Assembly (NCBI RefSeq): GCF_009914755.1
Contig: NC_060947.1
DNA from: the human T2T-CHM13v2.0 reference genome, Homo sapiens
DNA length: 64,000 bases
Reading direction: 5' to 3' (one strand)
This document shows, one piece after another, positions 42,073 to 57,227 of this stretch. Position numbers and translations under genes: made by a program. The stretch's first letter is position 1. Every line of letters starts with the position of its first letter. The notes beneath the pieces were generated by a model. It worked only from the letters and a program-made list of their open reading frames with translations, searched no databases and was not told where the DNA came from.

Positions 42073-42960
42073 CATCAAAACCACAGTGAGATATCACCTC
42101 ACCCCAGTTAAAATGTCTATTATCAAAAAGACAAGAAATAACAGATCCTAGAAAGGATGTGGAAAAAGGGAGCTCTTATGTTCTGTTGGTGGGAATGTAA
42201 AATAGTACAGCTGCTATGGAGAACCATATGGAGGTTCCTCAAAAAGCTATAATTAGGACTACCATATGATCTAGCAATCCCAATGTTAGGTATTTACCCT
42301 AAGGAAAGGAGATCAGTATATTAGAGGAATATCTGTACTGTCATGTTTTTTGCAGCAGGGTTCACAATAGAAAATGTGTAAAATCAACCTAAATGTCCAT
42401 CAATGAATGAATGGATAAAGAAAATGTGATATATATGTATATATACATAATGAAATATTATTTTACCATATAAAAATGAAATCCTGTCATTTGCAGCAAC
42501 ATGGATGGAACTGGAGGTCATTATGTTAAGGGAAATAAGCCAGGCACAGAAAGACAAATATCGCATGGTCACAATCACATGTGAGAGCCGAGGAAGTGGA
42601 TCTCATGGAGGTAGAGAATAGAATGACAGATACCAGAGGCTGGGAAGGGTAGTGGGGAGGAGGGAATAAACAGAAGTTGGTTAATGGGTACAAAAATACA
42701 GTTAGATGGAAGGAATAAGTTCTAGTATTTGATACCAGATAAGGAAAGTATAATTGACACAAATTTATTGCATATTTTTAAATTGCTAGAAGAAAAGGAT
42801 TGAAATGTTCCTGACACACAAAATAAGACAAGCATTTAAAGTGATAGAAACGCTAATCACCCTGATTTGATCATTACACATTGTATACAGGTATCAAAAT
42901 CTCACATTTACCCCCAAAATACATACAACTACTGTATACCAACAAAAATATATTTTAAAA
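42073..42960 (+). mobile_element. L1MA 3' fragment
   Basis: aaaaccacagtgagatatcacctc...tttgcagcaacatggatggaactggagg...ccctgatttgatcattacac. Confidence 0.85.
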
Positions 42961-43529
42961 AACACGTGTCCACATAAATGTTTTTCCTCCATTTTGTAAT
43001 AATAGAGGGAAAAATAGAGTTGGCTTTTTGAGCTGGCTTCTCTCAATTTTTGGATAGCTTGCAAATATTTTCATCAGCCTTTACAAGGAGTGAGACAGGC
43101 ATGTTTATGCTTTTCTGAAGCTGCATGTCGAAATTTAGACACCTGCTGGTGTCTAACAGGTCGGAGGTGGCTTTATGTTGGGAAGGAGTTGAATCAATAA
43201 GCAGAGATTTCAGCAAAGGGGCAGCTGAGATAGTTGCTCTTGGCTCTACAATGTCTGTTCTTGTGTGCAGGATCAGGCTCTCCCATAAGACTTCAGTCTT
43301 GGTTTTGCATCTGAATGAAAGATATCTGGCATTCCTAGGAGATTGTTTTAGTTCCTTTCATGGGTTTCACAGATTGAGCCTCTTTTCTACATTCTTACTA
43401 CTTCTGCCTTTGAACAGTTTTCCTTTGCCTCATTCAGAGACATTTGCAACAGAGATGTCCTTCCATCAGTCTCTTCCTCTCAAACATCTCTGTGTTACTT
43501 TTTAAAAGTTCCTGAATATGGTAACAAAC

Positions 43530-44345
43530 AGGGGTCTAGTTTCATTCTTCTGTATATCACTAGCCAGTTTTCTCAGCACCAGTTATTGAATAAGGTGTCC
43601 TTTCCCCATTTACTTTTGTTGTCATTGCAAAAGATCAGATGATTGTAGGTGTGTGGTTTTATATCTTGGGTCTCTATTCCATTTATCTATATGTCTATTT
43701 TTCTACCAGTACCATTCTGCTTCGGTTACTATAGCCTTGCAGTATAATTTGAAGTTGGGTAATACGGTTCCTCCAGCTTTGTACTTTCTGCTTACAATTA
43801 CTTTGGTTATTCAGCCTCTTTTTCGGTCCCATATGAATTTTAGAATTGTTTTTTCTAATTATGTGAAGAATGATGTTGGTAATTTGATAGGAATTGTGTT
43901 GAATATGTAGATTGCTTTGGGCAGTATGGTCATTTTGACAATATTGATTCTTCCTATCCATGAACATGGGATTTTTTTTTTTTACACCATGGAATACTAC
44001 GCTGCCATTTAAAGAATGAAATCATGTGTTTCACAGCAACATAGATGGACTTAGCCATTATCTGAAGTAAAATAACTCAGAAAATCAAACATCACATGTT
44101 CTCTCATATAGGTGAGAGCTAAACAGTAGGTGCATATGGTCATAAAGATGGAAACGATAGGCACTGGGGACTCCAAACCAAGGGAGAGTGGGAGGGAGCG
44201 AGGATTTAAAAACTACTTATTGGGTACTATGTTTATTACTTTGTTGGGTGATGGGTTCACTAGAAGCCCATATCCCACCATTACACAATACCTCCATGCA
44301 ACAAACCTTCACATGCACTTTCAAACCTAAAATTTAAAAAACAGT
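43530..44345. mobile_element. L1PB-like element with inverted 5' part (antisense ORF2 43530-43970; sense 3' end 43984-44345)
   Basis: Orientation switches across a T-run at 43972-43983. Confidence 0.75.
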
Positions 44346-44454
44346 CCCTAAAAAAAAATAATAATGCGGAAAAAAAACACACAAAGAATGAAAAACAATT
44401 AAAACTTATTATCCCAGTACCCTCCTCCTCCACCTGGTGCCCCTAGCCTTCCCC

Positions 44455-45351
44455 TATTGCGGGATCTGGCCAGCAGCCCGCAATGCAACGGGGCTCTCCC
44501 TCTGCTCCTAGGTGGATCGGCAGGTTGAGAAATAATAGAGACACACAATATAGTGAAAGCTGGGTCCAGGGGGGTCACCGCCTTATGCTTCCACGGTGCC
44601 AACCATGCACTGGATATACCAGCATTTATTATTAAGTTTAGTGAGGGCGGGGGTAGGTTAGTGAGGGATTTAGGGTCATTTGATTATGAGGTGAGATGGT
44701 CACATGGGGATGAAGTAATTCTTCAACATAACATTTGTATGTAGAAGTACAGTACATTTGTATGTAGAAGTACAGCATACAGAGATAAGAATTTACAATA
44801 TAGTGTGTGCGTCAGTAATTTCTAACAGAGCCTTAGAACAGAAACACAGTCCTTCCATAACCTATGATTAGCAAGATATTAATCAGCAGTAACAATTGCA
44901 ACAAAAGCTGGTTACAAACAATCCATGGAAACAGGACGTGAAGCTAAACAACTGGTTAGACCAGAAATTCTCAGAAGGGAGTATGCTTTAACCCTAAAGG
45001 GGCCTAGAAGAGCTGTGGCAAGATGAGGGCGTTTATAGCCCTATCTTATCCATATGGACAGGCGCCCCCCATGCTTCCATTTATAGGCTCTCCACAAGGG
45101 TCGCATTCCATTCCCAGAGCTATGAACATCTGCTTTTCTGGGATAGGAATCTTGGTGATGTGAAACCTCCCTGACTGCACGTCCATTCATAGGCTCTCTG
45201 CAGGGGGAAGCACATCACGCACTGTTGGCTCGTTCTGGCAGTCCAACCTGGCATTGTCTTTACACAATCCTGCATGCAATTTTGTATTTACAATACTCAG
45301 GAGCATTTCATCTTTTATTCCATAGCAATAGTTTCAGGGGGTCTCCCTACA
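44455..45351 (-). mobile_element. MER11D-like (HERV-K class) solo LTR, 897 bp
   Basis: Reverse complement begins TGTAGGGAGACCCCCTGAAACTATTGCTATGG; approximate 6-bp TSD ttcccc/ttctcc. Confidence 0.8.
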
Positions 45352-46699
45352 TTCTCCCATGTGGTCCTGATGCCTCACCTGCTGGCATCTCCCCATCTCC
45401 AACAGCCAGGTGTGTTCTACTATGCTCCCTCATCAAAGATGTCTCAGGATCTGTTTGCACAGCCTCCAAGTGCAGCCAAACCTAGAAGAGCTGATGGTCC
45501 CTCATCTAAACATAGGGAAATGAGTGGTCTGATTTATGTTCCTGACAAGTGACCTAAATATAAAATGCATGCCACTGTCACAGAGTCTAATCCACCCCCA
45601 CCACCTCCTCACTTGCATTCTCCGTCTTTCCATTTGTCATTTACTTAGCAGAGTCAGCAAGTGCTGCCAAGCTCTAAGAACCATTATCGCAGAAGCAACC
45701 ATCGTCAAGAAGCCTGCACACATGTTTATTGCAGTTGATATAGATGCTAGTAAAATGCAGGACAGTTTTAATTCTTTAATTTCTCATCTGCCCATCTTGT
45801 GGTGGAGCTACACGGATATTTAATGTGATGTCGTAAAGCTCTGTGTTAGGAGGAGAAAGCAGGCAGGAAGCGGATGTTTGCAAACGATAGGCTTATAAAG
45901 GTGAGGGTAGTGAAGTTACCAGACTGACAACCTGGTGCTGTAGTACGATAGTAGTATTTTGTATTTCTATAGTACCATTCTTCACAGAACTCAAATGAGT
46001 CAGATGCGACTTTTTATGGCTTGAAAAATTCCTACCAGTGAGCATCAGATTTTATTTTTAGACTGAGGAAATCGTTGTTACCAAGAATGTTGTTTTAAAA
46101 TTGTTAGGTATGTGTCTGTTATATATTTCATTCCCAAATATTGCGTCTTACAATGAATATAATTATATAGAGATTAGAGAAAGAGAAAGAGAGAGAGAGA
46201 TACATAGATATACGGATATAACATATCCTCTGTGATGAGGGAGATAAAGTAAAAATATAATATCAATGAAAATATAAAAAGCTATAGATAACATCAAGAA
46301 GTGCTGCTTTCATTAGCATTCCTTCAAAAGGTACTCTTAACATTTTTAACATAGACTTCAGCGCATCTAATGCACAACAATAATTGACAGTCATAAGACC
46401 AAGTACAAGACACTGAAAGTTTCTAATCTATCTCCTGAGTTGTCAAAGAAATATTAAATTATGAATTCACTCAGGACAAAAGTGAGATTGATTTTAGTTT
46501 ATACTTCAGTAACTATTCTGTGTTTATTTGGAAAAATATCCCAGAGGTTGTCAGCTTTTGTTTGCCTCTCAAAAGAGAATGATATTGGGTTTAAAAAATT
46601 TAAAAAGCTATTAAAAAAAACAATCAGAGCAGTAAGGTGACAAATACCTTTTATCTATTTTTTCTGCTTTCGTTGGGTTTTAATTTTAACTTGCTTTTA

Positions 46700-48750
46700 A
46701 ATTTAAATTAAAAGTCAGGCACATACATGGGAGGAAAATCTCAAGGGAAAAAAGCAGTGTGCAATGGAGAATAATACTGTCAAAATCCAGATGAACAACT
46801 CTTTCTATACCCTTTGTGTATTGTTCTGGTGAACAGACATCTGTGTTTAGTTGTGTATATGAATGTGTATGTATATATGTATCTACGTGTCTGTGTGTAT
46901 TTATATATATATTTATGCATGTTATCTTTTCACAATTGGAGACACATATACAATCTTCTGTACCGTATTTTTTATTTCAATAGCTTATCTTGAAAACCTT
47001 TTCATATCTTCACACATACATTATAGCATCAAAGTAATCCTTTGTACGAGAGTACTCTATTTTACTAGTCCCCGATTATGTCCACTTGGGTTGTTTCCAG
47101 CCTTTTATAAATAACGTCAAAATGAACCTTTGTGTCTGTAGGGCTTTGTGCATATTTGAATATATGGGTAGTTACATATTGAGATTTTCAATTGCCATAT
47201 CAAATTTTTTCCAAAGAGGTTGAACCAGTTTACATCGTGACCAACAGCCATATGAGTGAGCCTGTTATCTTTGCCATTAATGTAAATATTTTCAAACTTT
47301 TGAAACAACAGGCTAAGAAGAATTTTTGCTGTTTTAATTTGCCAATTAATATTATGAATATTATTGAGCAACTTTTCGTATGTTTATAAGTAAACGGTTT
47401 ATTTTTCTGTGAAATATCTGTTCCTATCTTTTGTCCATTCTTTCTGCCAGGATTTTGGTCTCTCAGTAAACTGTAAAAACTCTTTCACTGCTAAGCAAAT
47501 TTAGGCATATATATATATATGGGACACACACGCACACATACACACATATATATATACACTATATATAATATCTTGCATTGATTTATTTTGACTTTTCCTG
47601 TTTTGGGCAGCAATTATTGTTTTTCAAATTTATATCATCAAATTTATCAATTTTTCTGCTAAAGCAGAAATTCAGATAACATAAAGAAAAATGGTATCTG
47701 AAATACCATTCTGAGTATCAGAAATGCCTGTGATACTCTTAAATTTCATCTTATCTCTTCTAGTCTGAATGGACTTTTTCCTTCTTTAACGCTTAAATCT
47801 TTGGACTATGTATAATTATCTTTACTGGAACAAGTGAACTTACCCTTTTTTTCTTTTTTCCCAAATTGTTACTTATTTGACTCAATACATAGATGGACAA
47901 ATCCATGTTTTCCAAGTTGGTTTGAATTGCTATCTTTACTAAAAATAAAATTTTGAAGCATACTGAAGGCAGTTTCAGGATTCTCCATTCCTCTATAGAT
48001 CTAATTACACATCTATATGAAATTTTTATTAATATTGCTTAATACCATGCTTCCATATTACATACACCAGTCCTATCTCAATGCTTTCAGAAATGTTTTG
48101 GTAATTCTTTTTTTTCATATGAACTTAATATGTATGAACTTCTATAAAGTTCATATACTTCTTTAAATTCATAAACATATATATTTGGGTGTATTATGTA
48201 TTATATATAAATACATAATTTATATTATACATAATTTATGTTATATAATTATATATTATATTTATAATATAATACAAATTGTATATATGTATATATTTAC
48301 TTGTTTCCAATGGTTTTGGAATAACAGTCTAGATATTTTTCAGTTATAGACTCATATCTACAAATTATTCCGTCTCTTCTCTCCTAATATTCCTTCCATA
48401 TTTCTCTCTTTTCTCCCACTAAATTGACTAGTAATTTCAGAACAACATTAAATTATTACAAGGACAATGGGCATCCTTATCTTGCACTGACTTTAATAGG
48501 ATTTTTTTCTAATGTTTTCATATGAATTAAGGTGCTGGTTCATGGCTTAAAATGTGTATTTTTATAACAAAATTATCAGTCCATTTTTATTACTCATTTT
48601 TATCAGAATACACATGGAGTTTTATCAGATTCCTTTTGGCACACAAAGATCACATGGTTTATATCTTCTCTGATTTATTATTGTGGAGAATGACATTAAT
48701 AAATATTGATCCATTCTTATATTTTACAGAATGAAACAGTTTTAAGTCTC
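46700..48750 (-). mobile_element. Old L1M fragments with AT-rich microsatellites
   Basis: ggttgtttccag, ttgaaccagtttacat, gggcatccttatcttg motifs. Confidence 0.55.
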
Positions 48751-49513
48751 CTAATAATTTTTAAATTTGATAATATTAAAAAAGACATTTCTTCTTCAGC
48801 ACTGGGCATCAACCTTTGGCAGAGAGGTTCTGATTTTAGGGTCAGCAGTTTCAGAACTGAAATTCCTCGAATGAGCCCCACAGTGTGGGGTACTTTATGT
48901 TTATTCATTTGTTCATCTAAGAGGCAGGCACCAGGCACCAGGAATAGAACAAGACAAACCCTGTTTCTGACCTCACAGAGCCTAGAGATTGGCTTTTGTT
49001 CTCACTTTGCTCATTAAGAAAGGCATTTGTACTTTTTCTTGTTCGGACTTCTCTTGGGTTCTTTTTATATTTTTCATGAAGGCTTTTGAACTAATGAAAT
49101 TAATTACATTTAATCTGATAGAAAAAGGTGTGTAAACCTCAAAGACATTTTGAAGAAATGTATTTGAAGACACTGAAAATTTTACTTATGTTTATTTGGG
49201 CACAACAGCCTACTTTTTGATTATTCTAAACACAACATGATTGGATCATTGGAACCTTGAAATCAGGGATTTATTTGCACATTCCTGGGGTGCCCCAATG
49301 TTTCATCATGGGTCCCTTTAATGCTTCAGGTGGAGTAGACTCTTTAATACTGAATTTAAACTGCTGAACTCATTCTTCAGAACTCAAAAGAATACTAGTT
49401 AGTCCCAGTGATCACCCAGTCTGAATATAACACAGAAAAAAAAATTGTTCTAACTCCAAGGAATGAATAAAGTATAATTAGTTGGAGAATCATAACAGTT
49501 AGGATTGCTTTTA

Positions 49514-49962
<449 letters not shown>

Positions 49963-51163
49963 ACCCTTCTAATATGAAACAAATGTAGGTGGCAATTTAT
50001 CATGAATAAGTTTTTGTTGGTTTCATAAGGCAGTCAATATTCAGTGTTGGGCATTGTCGTGAAAGGTAGCAGATACAGTGTTCTGGAACACTTTATCTAC
50101 TGTAGGGTTTTTTAAAGATAACTGAGTGGTCCTGGGGTGTACTAGTTTTCTTACCTTGCCTGGGTTTGCTGGGAAAAAAAAACCCTCCTGTGAAAAACAT
50201 AATGTAAGGACTGACCTGGAAATGGACTGCTTAGATTTCACTAATCCATTTTAATGCCTGAAAAATAAAGAGTAAAAATGGCCTCACATCTATAAAAGTA
50301 GAAATGGCTTTTGGCTCACTAGACGGACATAGAGCATGCTGAATAATAAAGGATGCTGATTCCAAAATTTAAGAAAATTAGAGGGTGGGATATGATCGCT
50401 CATTCTTTACAATTTTGCATCTTTGATTGTTTTTCTATAAAACTTGTGTGTCATTTCTCGATCCAGTGTCTAAACTCAATGTGGATATTTAGGTCATTGT
50501 TGTAGCTACCTCTTCATCCCAAATACATCAGAAATTTGGGATTTATTTATCTATCATTTTATGCTTTATTTTCCACCAGTTGATGTTATCTAGGAAATTA
50601 GATAATAAGCTTTCAATGACTCCACTAGATAATTTTAATATGTCTTTTAAATCAATACCTAGTGATATCCATTAATAAAGCATGAATGGGTAAAAACGGG
50701 ATGTGTCTATTTGATAAGTGTCGTTTTAAACTGCAGTGCCACCTGCCACCTCTGATCCCTTCTTTCTCACCTCTAAAATATTCTTCTGAATCACTGTTGC
50801 CCCTATTAAAATTGGTTATTGATTTGCATAGTTATCTGTGTCGTGGCTGATCTCCGCCACTCCAATGCGTTGTACGTTCTATGCAAGTTTAAGGCATGTT
50901 CCTGTTGTATCTGCAAGGCTTAATAGAGTATGAAGAAACATGGGAGAATTACAATTAATTTATTTTTATGTTTTTCACCAGAAGAATGGCACAGCAAAAC
51001 CATTAACTTGCTAATTGGAGAAGAGATATATTTCCATTAAAAGCTCTGAGGATATCATAGTTGGTGTGACCCAATTTAAGTGGTGAAAATCACAGATCAT
51101 GTTTATAGACCATTGCCGTATTTAATTTTACCACCTCCCTAAGGAGTCATCCCTGTTTTACAG

Positions 51164-51338
51164 TGTATTAGGCTGTTCTCATGCTGCTAATAAAGACATA
51201 TCCAAGACTGGGTAATTCACAAAAGATAGAAGTTTAATGGACTTACAGTTCCACATGGAGGGGGAGGCCTCACATACATGGTGGAAGACGAAGGAAGAGC
51301 AAAGGGACGTCTTACATGGTGCAGGCAAGAAAACTTGC
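51164..51338 (-). mobile_element. THE1-type LTR fragment
   Basis: tgtattagg...tctcatgctgctaataaagacata...ggacttacagttccacatgg. Confidence 0.75.
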
Positions 51339-53059
51339 ACATCGGGTTTTCTTTGGTCCAATATTTATGTGTGAGGTTAAAAATAATTTGACAACACATG
51401 CAACTACATGGAAAGTCCAACCCCAGTTGGCATATGGTATCCTTTCATGCAAAAAGTAAGCCTAGATGACTGCTCTCATCAACATCAAGGAATTCCTAAG
51501 TGACTTAAATGACCTCAGTCTGAAAGCAAAACAAAATAGAAGGGTGATATTCCTGAAGTGGCAGGTTAATCTTCCTTTTCTTTTCATTCCAAGTTCAGCA
51601 ATAATAATTCAGTCCTAGACCATTATGGTGTTTATCAAGTTTAGTATGAATCATAGAGCTATTCATGTAAAGTATCCAGAGCACTTGTACTAGTAATGTT
51701 AACTCTGTTCTATATTGAATAGGTGTGATTGCAAAGTTCTACTTTAGCCCTTGAAATACTACAGAATTTCTTAAATTAAAAATTAAAGTGCTCTTTACAT
51801 TCATGTGAAATGAATATTGGACTCAAAATTGGGATACATCTCTAAAGGATACTGTTTATGCATTACTAATGTTTTATCAGGCCATCCTTGCCTTTATACA
51901 ACTTTGGCCTCAGCTTTTCAGGGTAAGTTTTAAAAGGAGTTATAGTATGTTTTTGCCTACAAAAAAGGTTACTTTTGTAAGAGTAAACTGGTTTCTGACA
52001 TAAACGTTTCATTTGAAAGTGGCTGAAAGACGGTTGAGGGGAAAGTGGAAAAGAATGGCTTCATTCTTTGCAACACTTCTAGACAGGTTTTTACTCTTAT
52101 TATTTGAAAGCTTTTTTTGAGACTAGTCATATTTTTGATTCATTCCTCCAACTTTATCTGTTTCCTTATAATTCTAACTTACCGTCAAATATAGAGAAAG
52201 AGCTTAAAGGAAACTAATATGCAGGGCACAGACACAAGAGGGGTGGGTTTGGGGATGGCTCTCTTCCAATCAAGCTTCTGAACTGTTCCTGCCATTTCTG
52301 GCTTTGACTCTGCACCGTGCCCCCTGCTGGTCCCTCCAGGGAGTAGACAAGAAATGCCAAATCGAAAAATCTAGAGCAACCTCTCAAATGCTGCTTAGGT
52401 TATTCAGGTTTTCCTAAAATAGGGAACTTTATTAAACCGGCTTGCCTTTAAAACTCAGGTGGGTAATACTAAAATCTTTCCTCCCGAAATGTATTCAACT
52501 TCATTTTAATCAGATGAAGAAACAAATCAAATGAAGAAAAATAACACTCTACTAATTAGCAATAGTATTGCTGGGATCAGCCTTAAGCTCCTAGGGGATC
52601 GGACCAACCAGATGCCTCTAATTATTGTTTTCCGCCCATACAGGAATATTTCAGTCTATTTCTGAGATGCTCTTTGCACAAAGCAAAGAAGAGATACAGC
52701 TTTCTAGGAGTTATTCATTCTTCCTGCAGTTTCTTCATGTCCAGCGAGGCAAGTCCCATCACAGTGTTTAAAGGCCTTGTGACTGGTAGTATTTATGTAA
52801 TATATGGAATTTTTATCCTCAAAATTTGTGAAAGCTATGAAATAAAAGTAGATTCTTTAAAAATGCCTTGATGGTGATTTCAAGTTCATCCTTTACTCTC
52901 TTAACACACTATTTAAAGAAATCCCATACAAGTTCAGGATATAGTAACTGGCCGCAAGATGTGATAGAACACCAACTTTTGCAACACTGGCTTTTGTGAG
53001 ATTCTATTCTAACATCGACTTTGGTGAGTTTCTATTCCAAATAAGTAACTATACACATT

Positions 53060-53235
53060 ATAAGAAATTTTATAAATACTACTTCATTTAATCCTCCAGC
53101 AACGCTTTGCATCATTTTATTGATAAGGAAAATGAGGTGTGGAGAGTTTGAATAACTTGCCCAAGGTAACAGCTGATAATAAATGATGGAGCCAAGACAA
53201 GCCCTTCATTTCCAAACCTTTACTCTTTCCCCATG
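53060..53235 (-). mobile_element. MIR fragment
   Basis: tcatttaatcctc...gataaggaaaatgagg...taacttgcccaaggt. Confidence 0.65.
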
Positions 53236-53479
53236 CCTTATTGCTTACCTAAGACTTTTTCCCAATTCAAAAGCCACTGGATTTACATAGATTTGTGTGA
53301 TGTGTTGACAAGGAGAAAACTCCAAAAGGAAAAAGAGTTCTTTGCTAAACATTCAGTCCTACTTTTAAAACTGTTACATTTCCAAATACTTGGGGTAAAA
53401 AGGATGAATGGAGTAAGGCCAGGAGAAAAAACAAGCTTATATTTGATACCTCGAGATTTTTACACATGAAAAATCCAAA

Positions 53480-54232
53480 ATAGACAGATCCTGCAAAAAA
53501 AGAATATTCAAATGGCTGATAAACATTTTTTAAGGGTGTTCAACTTGATTAGTTTCAGAGAGAAGAAATGAAAACTACAGTCTACCATAATGGCTAGAAT
53601 TTGAAAATATGGCAATATCAAATGTTGGAGAAAATGTAGAGCAACTGGAAATCACACTCACGTATGCTGGAAATGAAAACTGGGCAGCTACTTTGGAAAA
53701 ACTGGTAGCTTACACAAAAATTAAACATACAACCACTTGTGACACAGCAATTCCATACCCAGACAAATTAGCTTTATACATTCACCCAAACAGACATATT
53801 AACTCCCAAAAAACCCCAAAGCTAGTCAAATGTCCACCGATATCAATATGGACAAACAGTTTATGCTATATTCATACAAGGAAATACCCTGCAGTAATAG
53901 GAAAATATAAACTACAACTACACAAAAAATATGAATAAATCCCTAAACAATGTTACCTAAAAGCCACCAGAAACAAAAGGTTACATGCTGTCCCGTTTTC
54001 TTTAAATAAGTTCACAACATAGGCAAAACTAATCAAGGTTGCTAAAATCAGGTGTGGGCCTGTGCTCGGAATGGGTGGTAACTCTAAGAGGTTAAGGGCA
54101 AGTTACTGGGTGCTGGAAATGTCCAGTTTCTTGATCTGAATGTTGGTGACATGAATTTTCTCAGGCAAATTCGTCAAGCTGCACATGTTGGTCTTTGTAT
54201 TTTTCTCAATGTACATGGTATACCAATCAAAA
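53480..54232 (+). mobile_element. Old L1ME-type 3' fragment
   Basis: caaatggctgataaaca...tgttggagaaaatgtagagcaactggaa...ttcttgatctg. Confidence 0.6.
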
Positions 54233-55186
54233 GTTTCAGAAGCCCAAAAGAGAGAGGATAAAAGTATTTTGGAGAGAGGAAGACAATTTATAAAGTGGAT
54301 ATACAGATGGAGATTGCCCTTGCTGAACATATTTTACATGGAAGAGTGAAGAGAAAAAAAGGAACAACACAGAGTTCATGTAGAACTTCTTTTTTTAAGG
54401 TAGTTTATTTATATTTCTATTTTATCTAGAATGCTTTTGTCATTGACAAATAAAAATTGTATGCGCTTACCATGTACTTCAAACTACATGAGAAAAAGGT
54501 AAATGTTGGAGTGTTTTATCTTCATGTGCAAAGGTGATATTTCAGATAAAATACAAACTTTATTAAGACTTTAATTTGAAGCTATCTAGAAAACAATTTG
54601 GGTCTGTCTCCACGATCTTTTCCCAGCACCTCACTGTATCCTTCTCATAGCATGTGATAATGCATTGAATATATGTGCCGGTTACTAGAAAAAAACATAA
54701 CAACCTATCTGGTTTGGTTTTATGCTTATTTCTATCTCCATGGTTGCTTTGATCTCTCTTTCTCTTATCACACTTGCCTTCTGGATCTTTCTCTAATTTT
54801 CTTCTTGTCCTGAGAGCTTCCAAATCCTCCAGACAGGTGAAAGTGTTCCTCCAGTTTGCATCCACCACCACATGTTTTATGCCTCCTCTCCTTGTCTCCC
54901 TAGAGAAGCCACAAACTCTTGCAGGACATCCACACCAAAGGTATTACCCATTGCCTGGTACATAGACAATACCCAAAATTGTGCTGAGTTAATAGAAGAT
55001 TTAAAATTCAAACAATAGGTTGGCAAATTGTACATAGTGAAGAAGCATGTCCCTTTTTAAATGGAGAGACTGCATACCAGCTTTGTGAACCAAATAGAAT
55101 TTATTGCATCTATTTTAATCCTCATGCAGGGGACCGAGGTTAGCATATTCAGAAACTCACCAGGCTTGCACCTGCTCTTCATCAAG

Positions 55187-55354
55187 TGGGTCCTACTTCA
55201 CGAGGGTGAGACCCATGTCCTATAGGGCCTCAGCTCAAAGGGCTCATGCTTGGTTTAATGCTCTGCTAATGTGGTCTTGAAGTCCTTAATTTATAAACAC
55301 TGGGCCACTCGTTTTCACTTTTCCTGAACCCCACAAATTGTGTAGCTGGTCCTG
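55187..55354 (+). mobile_element. MER91A-like hAT element
   Basis: gcttggtttaatgctctgct...cacaaattgtgtagctggtcctg; flanking ttcatca repeats. Confidence 0.6.
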
Positions 55355-55423
55355 TTCATCACAAATAGAAAAATATGTTGCCAAGCAACATGAGAAAATC
55401 TAGATGCCCATTCATCTTCCTAA

Positions 55424-55785
<362 letters not shown>

Positions 55786-55860
55786 TAATTCACTTTTGAA
55801 TGGACTTTTTTTTCAACCTGCAGCATAGTAATGTAGAATTCAGGACTATTGTTATTTGAC

Positions 55861-56031
55861 TATTTATTTATTTATTTATTTACTGAAAGAAGGTCTTGCT
55901 CTGTAACCCAGACTAGAGTGCAGTGCCACAATCATAGGTCACTGAACCCTCGACCTCCTGGGCTCAAGTGATCTTCCTGCCCCAGCCTGCCAAAGCACTG
56001 GGATTATAGGCATGCACAACCGCACCTAGTC
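55861..56031 (-). mobile_element. Monomeric Alu (FRAM/FAM-like)
   Basis: Single-arm Alu-like sequence with (TTTA)n tail. Confidence 0.7.
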
Positions 56032-56481
56032 TCTGACATTCCACAATTTAATATTTCACACTTGTCATACAAAGACCCTAAGCATATTTTGAAACAAAAA
56101 AAGTCTCAAAAATGTATTGTCTGCCACCAAGCACGAAAAAGGACATCATTCAGCCCACTGCCTCTTTAAAGGACCAACAAAGAGGGTATCTAGGCAAATA
56201 TTACATTTGCTATCTCACAACAGGAAATACATAGCTCAGAGCCAGAACCTTGTCTAGACATAATCATCTAGTTCTAAACCCAGTCACTGCCTAAAATTTA
56301 AACTAATTTGCTCTGTCTTCAAACTTGATGGGTAAGACAATCCTACTCCAAATAATCTGAGTCACAAGATAGTAAGTCAAACTCATACAGAAAAAAAGAA
56401 ATCATATGCATCTCATGTATATTTAGACTCTTTAAACAATAGTACATAGTATATTTTATATTACATATACACAGACTGTAC

Positions 56482-56745
56482 TTTATTTATTTATTGGAGA
56501 TGGAGTCTCGCTCTGCCACCCAGGCTGGAGTGTGGTGGCGCAATCTCGGCTCACTGCAACCTTTGCCTCCCGTTAGCTGGGATTACAGGGGCCCACCACC
56601 ATGCCCAGATAATTTTCGTATTTTTAGTAGATACAGGGTTTCAACATGTTGGCCAGGCTGGTCTTCAACTCCTGACCTTAAGTGATCCACCTGCCTCGGC
56701 CTCCCAAAGTGCTGGAATTACAGGTATGAGCCACCATGCCCGGCC
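56482..56745 (-). mobile_element. AluS element with a small internal deletion
   Basis: Reverse-complement Alu; TSD tgtactttat. Confidence 0.88.
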
Positions 56746-57227
56746 TGTACTTTATATTTTAGTTGAAGAGTAAATGTTTCCATTTATCTTGAAAATGGCA
56801 GTGTATGAATTTTAAATAAAATTTTTAAAACCTATAAGCACATTAAATCTAATTTTATTTGTGCCAACCCCTCAGGTTTTTGTAGCTTTCAGTGTCATTT
56901 TATAATGAGTTGCTCAGAAAACATTGTTACACTCTTCATCTTTCAAGGTTCTCCCATCACCTAAAGAGCCAGTATGAAGGTCTGAAAATTGCTTATGATT
57001 TAACCATCTTTATATCTTTCTTGTATGTTTCTTTTTCTTTCTATATTTCAGTGGATACCACTCACTCAGGGAAGACTTGCTCTAGTATAACCTTTAAGAC
57101 CAATGGCAAACTTAAGAATTGGATACTGAAATATCCAATTTAAAAATAAATTTTAAAATTTAAAATTTATTGTGATTTTCTCACTTTCTTTACTTTTGGT
57201 TAGCTATAACAGAGACAGTTCGCTGGG

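Noticed and set aside
56560-56580. ~30-bp deletion in an Alu arm
   Set aside because: Ordinary microhomology (gcctccc) deletion, common in Alus
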